DNA of 64,000 nt from Steroidobacteraceae bacterium (lineage in GTDB: Bacteria; Pseudomonadota; Gammaproteobacteria; Steroidobacterales; Steroidobacteraceae): NCBI GenBank assembly GCA_016844605.1, contig JAENJD010000008.1, forward strand, positions 6,602 to 70,601. The letters run 5' to 3'. Below, one piece after another: positions 9,694-20,395 of this stretch. Numbering within the stretch: position 1 is the stretch's first letter; each line of letters starts with the position of its first letter. The notes under the pieces were generated by a model. That model was given only the letters and a program-made list of their open reading frames with translations, was not told the DNA's origin and did not search any database. The position numbers and the translations under genes are program-made.

Positions 9694-11277
9694 TCACTGC
9701 GCGGGCGACGCCAACTGTACACCCTGCGTGTCCACCTCGACGAATTCATAAGGCCGCAGGTAGGTGGACGCGAAGTAGCGGTCCGGCAGCAGGGGTAGCC
9801 CGGCACTGAAGTAATGATTGAAGATGCGCCGGAACTGGTTCACCGGCGTTTCGTCGTCCGGCATCAACCCGGTGGGAGCGCCCGGCAGGTGGAACGCCGC
9901 GAAATTCGACATGCGGATTCGCCGTTGCTCCGGCAGCGGCAGGCCGGTACGCAGATTTGGACCATGATCCGACTGCAGGATGATGATCGGCGGGCGGCCG
10001 GACTCGGCGAGCAGCCGGTCGACGACCGCGGTAATCCTGTCATTCATATAGATGAGCTGGTCGCGATAGGGCTCGCGCTGCTCCCAGAGCTTTTTCTGGA
10101 ATTCGAACTGGTCCGAGAGATTCGCGCGCCGCAACACGTGGCCCTCGCGATCGAACAGGTAGGGGTGGTGCGGCGGCACGAAATGCGCGAAAACAAATTT
10201 TGGCCCTGGCCTGCGTGCCAGGTCCGCCAGTGTCTCCAGATTGTGCAGGTGGCAGTTCGCGACATCCATGCTCGCGCGCGCATTCAGCGCACGCAGCCAG
10301 CTCGCATCCGCGATTGCGCGCAGGTACTCGCTTTCGAACAGGCCCGAGTGGCAGGGAATGAAATCGTCCGCGAATGGATTCGTGCCCGTACCGCCCCAGG
10401 TGGACTGCAATTGCGCAAAGCGGTAGCCGCGCGCACGGAGGAAGGCCGCAGCCCGATTGTCCCGCAGCAGCTGGTAAGTGGCATTGCGGTCCGTGCTCTC
10501 CGGATCCTGTGCCACACCCAGCATCGGTTGCATGTATTCGAAGTTGAGCGACGAGGCCAGCGACAGGAATGTCCAGTAGTAATTGGAGTGACTCGCCTGG
10601 CTCACCTGGAATCCACGCGCACGCAGGCCATCCAGGAACGGCCCATTGTCGTAGTCGTAATACTTTGCGAGCGTATCCGCGCGCGCGTAGCCGTCGAGGA
10701 TGATGTAGTAGATGTCGGGTGTATTTGCAGGTACCTGCACGGATGCCGCCGGTGCGGCGCCGGGCGCGGGCTCCGATTCCGCTGGCTTGCCGCCAAACTG
10801 GTGGACGCCCCACTGCATGGCGAGGAAGCCCATCAGCAGGAATGAAATCAGATTGGCGGCGCCCGTCACGCGATTGACCGCCGGATCGCGGAGCTTGCGC
10901 AGCGTCGCGAGCCCGGGCAGCAGCAGCACGAGCCAGAGTGCGGACTGGAGCAGCTGCGGATTGCCCGCCATCCAGCCGGGATTTGCGGCCTCCTGTTCGA
11001 TCCCCGCCAGCACGTTCTCGAGCCACCAGCCATTGACGGGCCCGTAGGCATAGAAAAGAAGGCTCAGCCAGGTGACGCCGAGGGCCGCACGGTTCCAGGT
11101 CGAGAGAGTGACACGCAGGATGCCAAGGAGCGCCAATGCGGAAGCGACTGCGACAGCCGCGACAATCGCAACCGATCCCGCTTCGGTCTGACCTGGATTC
11201 GCGACCGCGATGTACAGCAAGGGATAGAGCGCCAGGAGCGGCGCAAACCACGGGAAACGCGTCAGAGCGCTCTGCAT
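9694..11277 (-). CDS. membrane-anchored alkaline-phosphatase-superfamily (sulfatase / LTA-synthase-like) protein
   Basis: The 527-aa ORF has about 5 N-terminal hydrophobic segments followed by DIYYIILDGYARAD...FAHFVPPHHPY...IIILQSDHGP, as in sulfatase-like hydrolase/transferases. Confidence 0.75.
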   Translation of the reverse strand: MQSALTRFPWFAPLLALYPLLYIAVANPGQTEAGSVAIVAAVAVASALALLGILRVTLSTWNRAALGVTWLSLLFYAYGPVNGWWLENVLAGIEQEAANPGWMAGNPQLLQSALWLVLLLPGLATLRKLRDPAVNRVTGAANLISFLLMGFLAMQWGVHQFGGKPAESEPAPGAAPAASVQVPANTPDIYYIILDGYARADTLAKYYDYDNGPFLDGLRARGFQVSQASHSNYYWTFLSLASSLNFEYMQPMLGVAQDPESTDRNATYQLLRDNRAAAFLRARGYRFAQLQSTWGGTGTNPFADDFIPCHSGLFESEYLRAIADASWLRALNARASMDVANCHLHNLETLADLARRPGPKFVFAHFVPPHHPYLFDREGHVLRRANLSDQFEFQKKLWEQREPYRDQLIYMNDRITAVVDRLLAESGRPPIIILQSDHGPNLRTGLPLPEQRRIRMSNFAAFHLPGAPTGLMPDDETPVNQFRRIFNHYFSAGLPLLPDRYFASTYLRPYEFVEVDTQGVQLASPAQ

Positions 11278-11278
11278 C

Positions 11279-11887
11279 TCAACAACTTCCGAATGAACCC
11301 GAGTTCAGGAATTTTACCAATGAATCCGCGACGACAGCGGACATCAGCATGCCCGTGTGACTGACGTCATGGACAATGTGCTCTTTGGCGCCGGCGATCC
11401 GCGTTTCGTCGACGCTGACCGTTCCGTCATTCGGCGCCGGCAGGTTCGCAAACAATCGCCCCATGCCAGCGGATCGCGACCCGGCGATGATGCCGAGTTC
11501 GCGCTCCCCACGCCAGGTGCGCGGCTCGCGCCGCGTGAGTTCAGCAGCCGCGAGACGCCCCAGCAGATGCGGCCCCAGTGACCAGGCGGCGACCGCGCGC
11601 GCGGCGCGCGAGCCCTGTACTGGAGATCCCAGCAACACGACGCGGCCCTGCGGCAATTCGCCAGGCGCCCCGAATGCCTCGAGGATCACGAGACCGCCGA
11701 GACTGTGGCCCACGAGATGCACGGGCCCATCGCCGAATCCGCGCATATGAGCGGCGAGCGAGAGGGCGGCCTCCCCGATATCCGCCTGCGTGGAGGGATA
11801 ACGGAATACGGAGGGCTCGAATCCGGCCTCCGCCAGGCGATTGCGCAATAGAACGGACTCCAGCCCGTTCATCCACAGGCCGTGCAC
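11279..11887 (-). CDS. small alpha/beta-fold hydrolase (lipase/esterase-like)
   Basis: The 202-aa ORF has a GTG start, nucleophile elbow GHSLGG, later NDGTVSV and VSHTGML (Ser-Asp-His candidates). Its stop is 1 nt from the next gene's ATG (TGAGATG). Confidence 0.75.
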   Translation of the reverse strand: MHGLWMNGLESVLLRNRLAEAGFEPSVFRYPSTQADIGEAALSLAAHMRGFGDGPVHLVGHSLGGLVILEAFGAPGELPQGRVVLLGSPVQGSRAARAVAAWSLGPHLLGRLAAAELTRREPRTWRGERELGIIAGSRSAGMGRLFANLPAPNDGTVSVDETRIAGAKEHIVHDVSHTGMLMSAVVADSLVKFLNSGSFGSC

Positions 11888-11920
11888 GACGACGACAGGC
11901 GTGGCGCGCGTGGTCAGCGC

Positions 11921-13699
<1,779 letters not shown>

Positions 13700-13711
13700 G
13701 CGCCGGCAAGT

Positions 13712-14101
13712 CTACTTGCGCGCCTTCCGGCGCGTCGTGGTTTTGCGCGCCTGTGTCGGCTTGTCGCCGGTGGGCTTGGGCTTGTCCGCTGCCGGAGGCG
13801 ACTTCACAGCGTCGCCCGCCTTTGCTGTCGAATCCGTCGCCGCAGCGGCCGTCTTTTCTTCCTTGGGCTTGTCGACGACCGGTTCCTTGTCGCCCGCAAG
13901 ATTACGCTGGTTGTCTTTGGCACCCTTGAAGTCGGTTTCGTACCAGCCGCCGCCCTTCAGCCGGAAAGAGGGCGCCGAGACGAGGCGCTTCAGCGTGTTG
14001 CGACCGCAAGTAGGGCACTTGCGGAGCCTCCCGTCGGAGATTTTCTGCAACTCTTCGTGGCGATGCCCGCAGGACGAGCATTGGTATTCATAAAAAGGCA
14101 T
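13712..14101 (-). CDS. FmdB-family zinc-ribbon protein with Lys/Pro/Ala-rich tail
   Basis: The sequence MPFYEYQCSSCGHRHEELQKISDGRLRKCPTCGRNTLKRLVSAPSFRLKGGGWY contains the CxxC...CxxC pattern. Confidence 0.85.
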   Translation of the reverse strand: MPFYEYQCSSCGHRHEELQKISDGRLRKCPTCGRNTLKRLVSAPSFRLKGGGWYETDFKGAKDNQRNLAGDKEPVVDKPKEEKTAAAATDSTAKAGDAVKSPPAADKPKPTGDKPTQARKTTTRRKARK

Positions 14102-14121
14102 CAGGGAACCTCGGTTCCCTA

Positions 14122-16695
14122 CTATTTTCGCATAACCAGCTCGCCGGACTTCACCGATACCTTGATGGTGTCGCCCGGGCCGAATGTGCCCGCCAGGATC
14201 CGTTGCGCCAGCGGGTTCTCGAGCTGGTGCTGGATCGCGCGCTTCAATGGCCGGGCGCCATAGACCGGGTCGAATCCCGCCGTGCCCAGCAGGTCGAGTG
14301 CCGCCGTGTCGAGTTCGAGCTTGAGGTCTCGATCGGCAAGTCTCTTCTGCAAATAGCTGGCCTGGATCTCGACGATCCGGCGGATGTGCTCCCGGCCGAG
14401 CGGATGAAATACGACGATGTCGTCGACGCGGTTGATGAACTCGGGCCTGAAATGCTGGCCGACGATTTCGAGCACGGCTGCCTTCATGCGCTCGTAGTTG
14501 GCCTCGCCCGCGAGTTCCTGGATGACCTGCGAGCCGAGATTCGAGGTCATGATGATGACGCTGTTGCGGAAATCAACGGTGCGTCCCTGGCCGTCGGTCA
14601 GCCGGCCGTCGTCGAGCACCTGCAGCAGCACGTTGAATACGTCGGTGTGCGCCTTTTCGACCTCGTCGAGCAGGATCACGGCATAGGGCCGACGCCGGAC
14701 CGCCTCGGTCAGGTAGCCGCCCTCCTCGTAGCCGACATAGCCCGGCGGCGCGCCGATCAGCCGCGCCACGGAGTGCTTCTCCATGAACTCCGACATGTCG
14801 ATGCGCACCATGGCCTCCTCGGTGTCGAACAGGAATTCGGCGAGCGCCTTGCAGAGCTCGGTCTTGCCGACGCCGGTCGGTCCGAGGAACAGGAAGGAAC
14901 CATTCGGCCGGTTCGGATCCGCGAGGCCAGCGCGCGAGCGGCGGATCGCGTCTGCAACCGTACGCACTGCCTCTTGCTGGCCGACGACGCGCTTGGCAAG
15001 CGCCTCCTCCATCTTCAGGAGTTTTTCGCGCTCGCCTTCCAGCATCTTGGCGACCGGAATGCCGGTCCACTTGGAGACCACTTCGGCGATCTCCTCTTCG
15101 CCCACCTTGTTGCGCAGCAGCTGCGGCTGCTTCGTCTCGGCGTCGTGCGCCGCGACCAGCCGCTTGTCGAGTTCGGGAATGCGCCCGTGCTGCAACTCCG
15201 CCATGCGCGTCAGGTCGCCGGCGCGGCGCGCGGCCTCGAGCTCCATCTTCGCGCGCTCGAGTTCCTCCTTGATGTGCGCGGCGCCCTGCATCGCGGCCTT
15301 CTCGGCTTTCCAGACCTCCTCCAGGTCCGCGAACTCGCGCTCGAGCGTCTTCAGCGTGGACTCGAGTTGCTCCCGCCGCTTACGAGAACCCTCGTCGTCT
15401 TCCTTCTTGAGCGCCTCGCGCTCGATCTTCAGCTGGATGATGCGCCGCTCCAGCCGGTCCATCGCTTCTGGCTTTGAATCGATCTCCATGCGGATGCGGG
15501 AAGCCGCCTCGTCCATGAGGTCGATCGCCTTGTCCGGCAGCTGGCGGTCGCTGATGTAGCGGTGCGAGAGCGTCGCGGCGGCGACGATCGCGGGGTCCGT
15601 GATGTCCACCTTGTGATGGACCTCGTAACGCTCCTTGAGCCCGCGCAGGATCGCTATCGTGTCCTCGACCGTGGGTTCGCCGACCAGCACCTTCTGGAAG
15701 CGGCGCTCGAGCGCCGCGTCCTTCTCGACGTACTTGCGGTATTCGTCGAGCGTGGTCGCGCCGACGCAGTGCAGTTCGCCGCGCGCGAGCGCCGGCTTCA
15801 GCATGTTGCCGGCATCCATCGAGCCCTCGGCCTTGCCGGCGCCGACCATGGTGTGCAGCTCGTCGATGAAGAGGATCACCTGTCCTTCCTGCTTCGCGAG
15901 ATCGTTCAGCACGCCCTTCAGGCGCTCCTCGAACTCGCCGCGGAATTTCGTGCCCGCAATCAGCGCGCCCATGTCGAGCGCGAGGATGCGCTTGTTCTTC
16001 AGGCCCTCGGGCACCTCGCCATTGACGATGCGTTGCGCGAGGCCCTCGACGATCGCGGTCTTCCCGACCCCGGGCTCGCCGATCAGTACCGGGTTGTTCT
16101 TGGTGCGCCGCTGCAGCACCTGGATCGTGCGGCGGATCTCGTCGTCACGGCCGATGACCGGGTCGAGCTTGCCGGCCTCGGCACGCTCGGTCAGGTCCAG
16201 CGTGAATTTTTCGAGCGCGCCGCGCTGCTCCTCGGCATTCGGGTCCTCGATCTTCTCTCCGCCGCGCAGCTCCGTGATCGCCTTGTCGATGGCGCCCTTG
16301 ACCGCGCCACAGTCCTTCAGGATCGTGCCGAGCGTGCCACGGTCCTCGACCGCGGCGAGCACGGCGAGCTCGCTCGAGATGTACTGATCGCCGCGCTTCT
16401 GCGCGAACTTGTCGGTCACGTTCAACAGGCGGCCCAGGTCATTGGAAGCTTGCACGTCGCCCTGCGTGCCCTCGACGCTCGCGATGTGGTCGAGTTGCTG
16501 CTGCAGCCGCGAGCGCAGCAGGTTCACATTCACGCCCGCCTTGTCGAGCAGCGGGCGCACCGTGCCGCCTTGCTGGTCGAGGAGCGCAAGCATCAGGTGT
16601 ACGGGCTCGATGAACTGGTGGTCACGCCCGACGGCCAGCGACTGGGCATCTGCCAGTGCCAGCTGGAATTTCGATGTCAGGCGATCAGGGCGCAT
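14122..16695 (-). CDS. clpB: ATP-dependent chaperone/disaggregase ClpB
   Basis: The 857-aa ORF has two AAA+ Walker A motifs ([30 protein letters not shown]) and a coiled-coil middle domain. Confidence 0.98.
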   Translation of the reverse strand: MRPDRLTSKFQLALADAQSLAVGRDHQFIEPVHLMLALLDQQGGTVRPLLDKAGVNVNLLRSRLQQQLDHIASVEGTQGDVQASNDLGRLLNVTDKFAQKRGDQYISSELAVLAAVEDRGTLGTILKDCGAVKGAIDKAITELRGGEKIEDPNAEEQRGALEKFTLDLTERAEAGKLDPVIGRDDEIRRTIQVLQRRTKNNPVLIGEPGVGKTAIVEGLAQRIVNGEVPEGLKNKRILALDMGALIAGTKFRGEFEERLKGVLNDLAKQEGQVILFIDELHTMVGAGKAEGSMDAGNMLKPALARGELHCVGATTLDEYRKYVEKDAALERRFQKVLVGEPTVEDTIAILRGLKERYEVHHKVDITDPAIVAAATLSHRYISDRQLPDKAIDLMDEAASRIRMEIDSKPEAMDRLERRIIQLKIEREALKKEDDEGSRKRREQLESTLKTLEREFADLEEVWKAEKAAMQGAAHIKEELERAKMELEAARRAGDLTRMAELQHGRIPELDKRLVAAHDAETKQPQLLRNKVGEEEIAEVVSKWTGIPVAKMLEGEREKLLKMEEALAKRVVGQQEAVRTVADAIRRSRAGLADPNRPNGSFLFLGPTGVGKTELCKALAEFLFDTEEAMVRIDMSEFMEKHSVARLIGAPPGYVGYEEGGYLTEAVRRRPYAVILLDEVEKAHTDVFNVLLQVLDDGRLTDGQGRTVDFRNSVIIMTSNLGSQVIQELAGEANYERMKAAVLEIVGQHFRPEFINRVDDIVVFHPLGREHIRRIVEIQASYLQKRLADRDLKLELDTAALDLLGTAGFDPVYGARPLKRAIQHQLENPLAQRILAGTFGPGDTIKVSVKSGELVMRK

Positions 16696-16724
16696 GGAGG
16701 CACTCCGTCTTCGAGGCTGCCCTG

Positions 16725-16753
16725 TGGATGAGGCCGGCGAAGACCCGTTTCAA
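16725..16753 (-). promoter_or_regulatory. candidate sigma-32 heat-shock promoter of clpB
   Basis: The minus strand reads aTTGAAA-N14-CCTCATCCA, about 30 nt upstream of the clpB ATG. The sigma-32 consensus is CTTGAAA-N13-17-CCCCATnT. The -35 overlaps the ZIP gene stop codon. Confidence 0.45.
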
Positions 16754-17529
16754 TGCGCGAATTCGTGCGAAAAAGCGATCAGCAGGATGCCGGTCGCGAT
16801 CAGCAGGACCTGCTGTATCGAGGTGCGCGCATCCACGCGCCGATGCAGGCCGGGAATCAGGTCGGCGACCGCGACGTACAGGAAGCTCGCGGCTGCGATG
16901 GCAAGCGCATAGGGCAGCGCCTGCATTGCGCCTGCCAGCAAGTAATAGGCAAGCACGGCACCCGCGACCGATGTGAGGCTGACCGCGATATTCAGGACCA
17001 TCGCCCTGCGCCTGCTCATGCCGCCATGCAGCAGGATCGCGAGGTCCCCGACTTCCTGCGGGATCTCGTGGGTGAACACCGCAATCGCGGTCACGATGCC
17101 GAGATGCGCGTCGGTCAGGAAGGCGGCGGCGATCAGCACGCCGTCCAGCATGTTGTGGAATCCGTCGCCCCACAGGATCAACGTTGCGGAAGCACGCGCC
17201 CGGTGACGCTCCTGCGGCGCATGCGCCTCGCAGGGGTCGATATGGCAGTGCCGCCAGAGCACCATCTTCTCAAGCACGAAGAAAGTGATGATGCCCGCCG
17301 CGAGCGCGATGCCGATGCCATGAATGCCGTCAGGCCCTGACGCCTCGATCGCATGCGGCAACAGCGCGAGCAGGGCGGCGCCCAGCAGCGCACCGGTCGC
17401 GAAGCTCACGAGGTGCGGAACGATCGCGTTGCGGCGCGCCTCCGGCAGCAGCAGGAAGCCGCCCGCGACCAGCGCGGACAGGGCGCCGCAAGCGGCGGTG
17501 AAGATCACGATCAGCGCTAGCGTGGACAA
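16750..17529 (-). CDS. ZIP-family divalent metal transporter
   Basis: The 259-aa polytopic ORF has GDGFHNMLDGVLIAAAF and HEIPQEVGDLAILL motifs and a His-rich loop (HCHIDPCEAHAPQERH). Confidence 0.85.
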   Translation of the reverse strand: MSTLALIVIFTAACGALSALVAGGFLLLPEARRNAIVPHLVSFATGALLGAALLALLPHAIEASGPDGIHGIGIALAAGIITFFVLEKMVLWRHCHIDPCEAHAPQERHRARASATLILWGDGFHNMLDGVLIAAAFLTDAHLGIVTAIAVFTHEIPQEVGDLAILLHGGMSRRRAMVLNIAVSLTSVAGAVLAYYLLAGAMQALPYALAIAAASFLYVAVADLIPGLHRRVDARTSIQQVLLIATGILLIAFSHEFAH

Positions 17530-17587
17530 ATCCCCTCCCCGGTTTGCGGGGCCGACAGCCTACACCAGCCGCGCGCCCGGAGCAGCC

Positions 17588-18325
17588 TCAGGCCAACCAG
17601 ATCAATGCGGCCATGCGCCCGGTCTGGCCGTCGCGGCGGTAGGAATAAAAACGCCGCGGATCGCTCGCCGTGCAATGGTCCCCGCCGTAAACCGCGGTGA
17701 CGCCGCAAGCGGCCAGCCGGCGTCGCGCGAGCCCCGGCAGGTCCGCAAGATATTTCTGTCCTTTGCCGGGCTGAAAATCCGCAGCCGATTCTGGCTGCAT
17801 CGCGACGAACATCCGGCGCACTTCGCCGCCGACCTCGAATGCCGCGGGACCAATGGCCGGGCCGAGCCAGGCGACCAAGTCCTTCGGCTCGGTCGCAAGC
17901 GCAGCAACCGTCGCCTCGACCACGCCCAACACCAGCCCGCGCCAACCCGCGTGGGCAATTCCGACACGATCACCGCCGCGGCTTGCCAGGAAGACCGGCA
18001 GGCAGTCGGCGGTCAGCACTGCGGCGACCGGCCCCGGCTCGAACGCGACCGCGGCGTCCGCACTCTCCTTCACCGATTGCGAAAGCCTCGCAACTTTTCG
18101 CCCGTGCACCTGGTCAAGCCACTCAGGTTCGCCTGGCAGGGAAAGCGCATCGCGCAGGCGCCGCCGGTTCTCCGCGACCGCCCGTGCATCGTCACCCACA
18201 TGACTCGCGAGATTGAACGATGCATAAGGCCCGGTGCTGAATCCGCCGCGGCGCGTCGTCATGACCGCGTGCACGGATTTCGGTGCCGGCCAGTCCGGGA
18301 CCAGGAACTCGAGCTGCTCGCTCAC
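17588..18325 (-). CDS. pgeF: peptidoglycan editing factor PgeF (YfiH / laccase-domain protein)
   Basis: The 245-aa ORF shows TTRRGGFSTGPYASFNLASHVGD...LTADCLPVFL...GIAHAGWRG. It sits downstream of rluD with a 4-nt overlap, the conserved rluD-yfiH arrangement. Confidence 0.9.
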   Translation of the reverse strand: MSEQLEFLVPDWPAPKSVHAVMTTRRGGFSTGPYASFNLASHVGDDARAVAENRRRLRDALSLPGEPEWLDQVHGRKVARLSQSVKESADAAVAFEPGPVAAVLTADCLPVFLASRGGDRVGIAHAGWRGLVLGVVEATVAALATEPKDLVAWLGPAIGPAAFEVGGEVRRMFVAMQPESAADFQPGKGQKYLADLPGLARRRLAACGVTAVYGGDHCTASDPRRFYSYRRDGQTGRMAALIWLA

Positions 18326-19290
18326 GATCGGCGCTCGACCTTGGTGTCTTCGCGGAGCGCCGCGACGAGCTCCAGAAAATCCGCGGGCAACGGCGCTTCG
18401 ACCGCGATGCGCCGCCCGTCCACCGGATGGACGAATTCAAGCTTCGCCGCATGCAGCGCCTGGCGCCGGAATGCACGGAGCGTCGAGTCGAGCCGCTGGG
18501 TCGCGCCGCGCGGAATCACCAGCCTCTTTCCATAGACGGGATCGCCGACCAACGGAAAACCGGCATGCGCGAGATGCAGGCGAATCTGATGCGTGCGGCC
18601 CGTCTCCAGAATCACGCGCACCCAGGTGTGGCGGCGGAAGCGTTCGATGACGCGGTAGTGGGTCACGGCCTCGCGCCCGTCCGAACGCACGGCCATGCGC
18701 AGCCGATCCACGGGGTGACGATCAATAGGCGCATCCACGGTTCCGCCGCCCGTCATGACACCGATGCAGACCGCCTGGTATTCGCGATGGATGCCGCGCG
18801 CCGTCAGCGCCTCGACCAGCACATCGCGTGCAAGCTCCGTGCGCGCGACGATCAGGAGACCCGACGTATCCTTGTCAAGCCGGTGCACGATGCCTGCCCG
18901 CGGCAGTATTGAGAGCGCGGGGTCATGCGCCAGCAATGCGTTCTGGAGCGTGCCGTCGGGATTGCCGGCGCCGGGATGCACTACGAGGCCGGCCGGCTTG
19001 TTGATGACGATGACGCTCGCATCCTCCCAGGCAATCGACAAGGCCATCGCCTGGGGCCGTGACGGCACGGCGTCCTCGACAGGTGCATCCACGCGCACCA
19101 GTTCGCCCCCGGTCACGGCGTCGCGAGGCCGCGGGATGCGACCGTCCACGCGGACCTGCCCGGCATCGATCCAGCGTTTCAGGCGCGAGCGCGAATGCTC
19201 CGGCAGGGCGTCGGCGAGCGCCTGGTCAAGGCGCCGGCCGGCAGCCGTAGGCGGCAACCGTAATTCATGCTGGTATCGGGTGGAACTCAT
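18322..19290 (-). CDS. rluD: 23S rRNA pseudouridine synthase RluD
   Basis: The 322-aa ORF has an S4 domain N-terminus, HRLDKDTSGLLIVA and HQIRLHLAH. Confidence 0.93.
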   Translation of the reverse strand: MSSTRYQHELRLPPTAAGRRLDQALADALPEHSRSRLKRWIDAGQVRVDGRIPRPRDAVTGGELVRVDAPVEDAVPSRPQAMALSIAWEDASVIVINKPAGLVVHPGAGNPDGTLQNALLAHDPALSILPRAGIVHRLDKDTSGLLIVARTELARDVLVEALTARGIHREYQAVCIGVMTGGGTVDAPIDRHPVDRLRMAVRSDGREAVTHYRVIERFRRHTWVRVILETGRTHQIRLHLAHAGFPLVGDPVYGKRLVIPRGATQRLDSTLRAFRRQALHAAKLEFVHPVDGRRIAVEAPLPADFLELVAALREDTKVERRS

Positions 19291-19352
19291 GGGGGCCGCC
19301 GGGGGTCTTTAATCGCTATACTGCGGCGGCCAAACACGCGGGGTCCAGTCCC

Positions 19353-20141
19353 TTGATTCGACGGATATCGATGGCGCGCGCCTTGGCGGTCGCGTGCTGC
19401 GCCCTGATTCTTGCAGCCTGCGCGGGCCGCGATCGTGCGGCCGAGCAGTTCCAGCCCGAAAAGCTCTACGAACACGGCCACAAGTCGATGCTGGCCGGCG
19501 ACTATCGCGGGGCGGTGCGTTATTACGAGGCGCTCGAGGCCCGCTTCCCGTTCAGCGAGTACTCGCGCCAGGCCAAGCTCGACATCATCTATGCCTATTA
19601 CAAGAGCCGCGAAACGGAATCGGCGATCGACGCCGCGGACCAGTTCATCCGCGAGAACCCGACCCACCCGCGCGTGGACTACGTCATGTATATCAAGGGC
19701 CTGGTGTACTTCGAGCGCGCGCCGAACTTCCTCGAGCGCTGGTTCAACACCGACCTGACCGAACGCCCGCCGCAGGATGTGCGCGGTTCTTTCCAGGCAT
19801 TTCAGTCACTGATCGAGCGCCACCCGGACAGCGAGTACGTGCAAGATGCGCGCCAGCGCATGATCCACCTGCGCAATCGCCTTGCAGAGTACGAGGTGCA
19901 CGTCGCCGACCACTATCTGCGCCGCCTGGCCTATGTCGCGGCACTCTCCCGCGCGCGTTATTGCATCGAGAACTACGACGGCGCGCCGGCCACGCGCGAT
20001 GCCCTCGACATCATGATCTCGGCCTACGACGGCATGGGGCTCACGGACATCGCCCAGGAATCGCGGGCGGTCTACGCACTCAACTACCCCAATGCGGATC
20101 CGGAGCGCAACAACAAGCGCGATTGGTGGCCTCTCTGGTAG
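19353..20141 (+). CDS. bamD: outer-membrane protein assembly factor BamD
   Basis: The 262-aa ORF has lipobox LILAAC and TPR-like sequence (YEHGHKSMLAGDYRGAVRYYEALEARFPFSEYSRQAKLDIIYAYYK). It is divergent from rluD, as in many proteobacteria. Confidence 0.93.
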   Translation: MIRRISMARALAVACCALILAACAGRDRAAEQFQPEKLYEHGHKSMLAGDYRGAVRYYEALEARFPFSEYSRQAKLDIIYAYYKSRETESAIDAADQFIRENPTHPRVDYVMYIKGLVYFERAPNFLERWFNTDLTERPPQDVRGSFQAFQSLIERHPDSEYVQDARQRMIHLRNRLAEYEVHVADHYLRRLAYVAALSRARYCIENYDGAPATRDALDIMISAYDGMGLTDIAQESRAVYALNYPNADPERNNKRDWWPLW

Positions 20142-20150
20142 GCGGCGATC

Positions 20151-20374
20151 GGCGCCCGCGGGATCCGACCGGGTGTCCCCTCGCTCCGCCAGAACTTTAT
20201 GCTGCGCTCGGGGACACCCGGTCACCTCGCGGGCGCCGGTTGTGGCGCTACTCGGCGCGCCCGAGGTGGCCGGGCCCTCGCGAGCAAACTCGTAAGTTCC
20301 GGCGGAGTTTGCGAGCGAGGGGCCCGGCCGGATCCCGGGCGCGCCGAACCTGGTGAGCGGATCCCGCGGGCGCC
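20151..20374. repeat. nested inverted-repeat element in the bamD/nadE convergent intergenic region
   Basis: Outer pair is a perfect 17-bp IR (20151-20167 / 20358-20374). Inside it are a perfect 13-bp IR (20168-20180 / 20210-20222) and a ~24-bp imperfect IR (20268-20291 / 20305-20329). There is also an extra near-copy of the outer arm at 20329-20345. Confidence 0.55.
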
Positions 20375-20395
20375 GGGTAGCGTCGCCGTCAGTCG

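Noticed and set aside
14203-16731. ORFs of 424 aa and 389 aa (and others) on the plus strand.
   Set aside because: They are antisense to clpB and are typical mirror-frame ORFs of a GC-rich gene.
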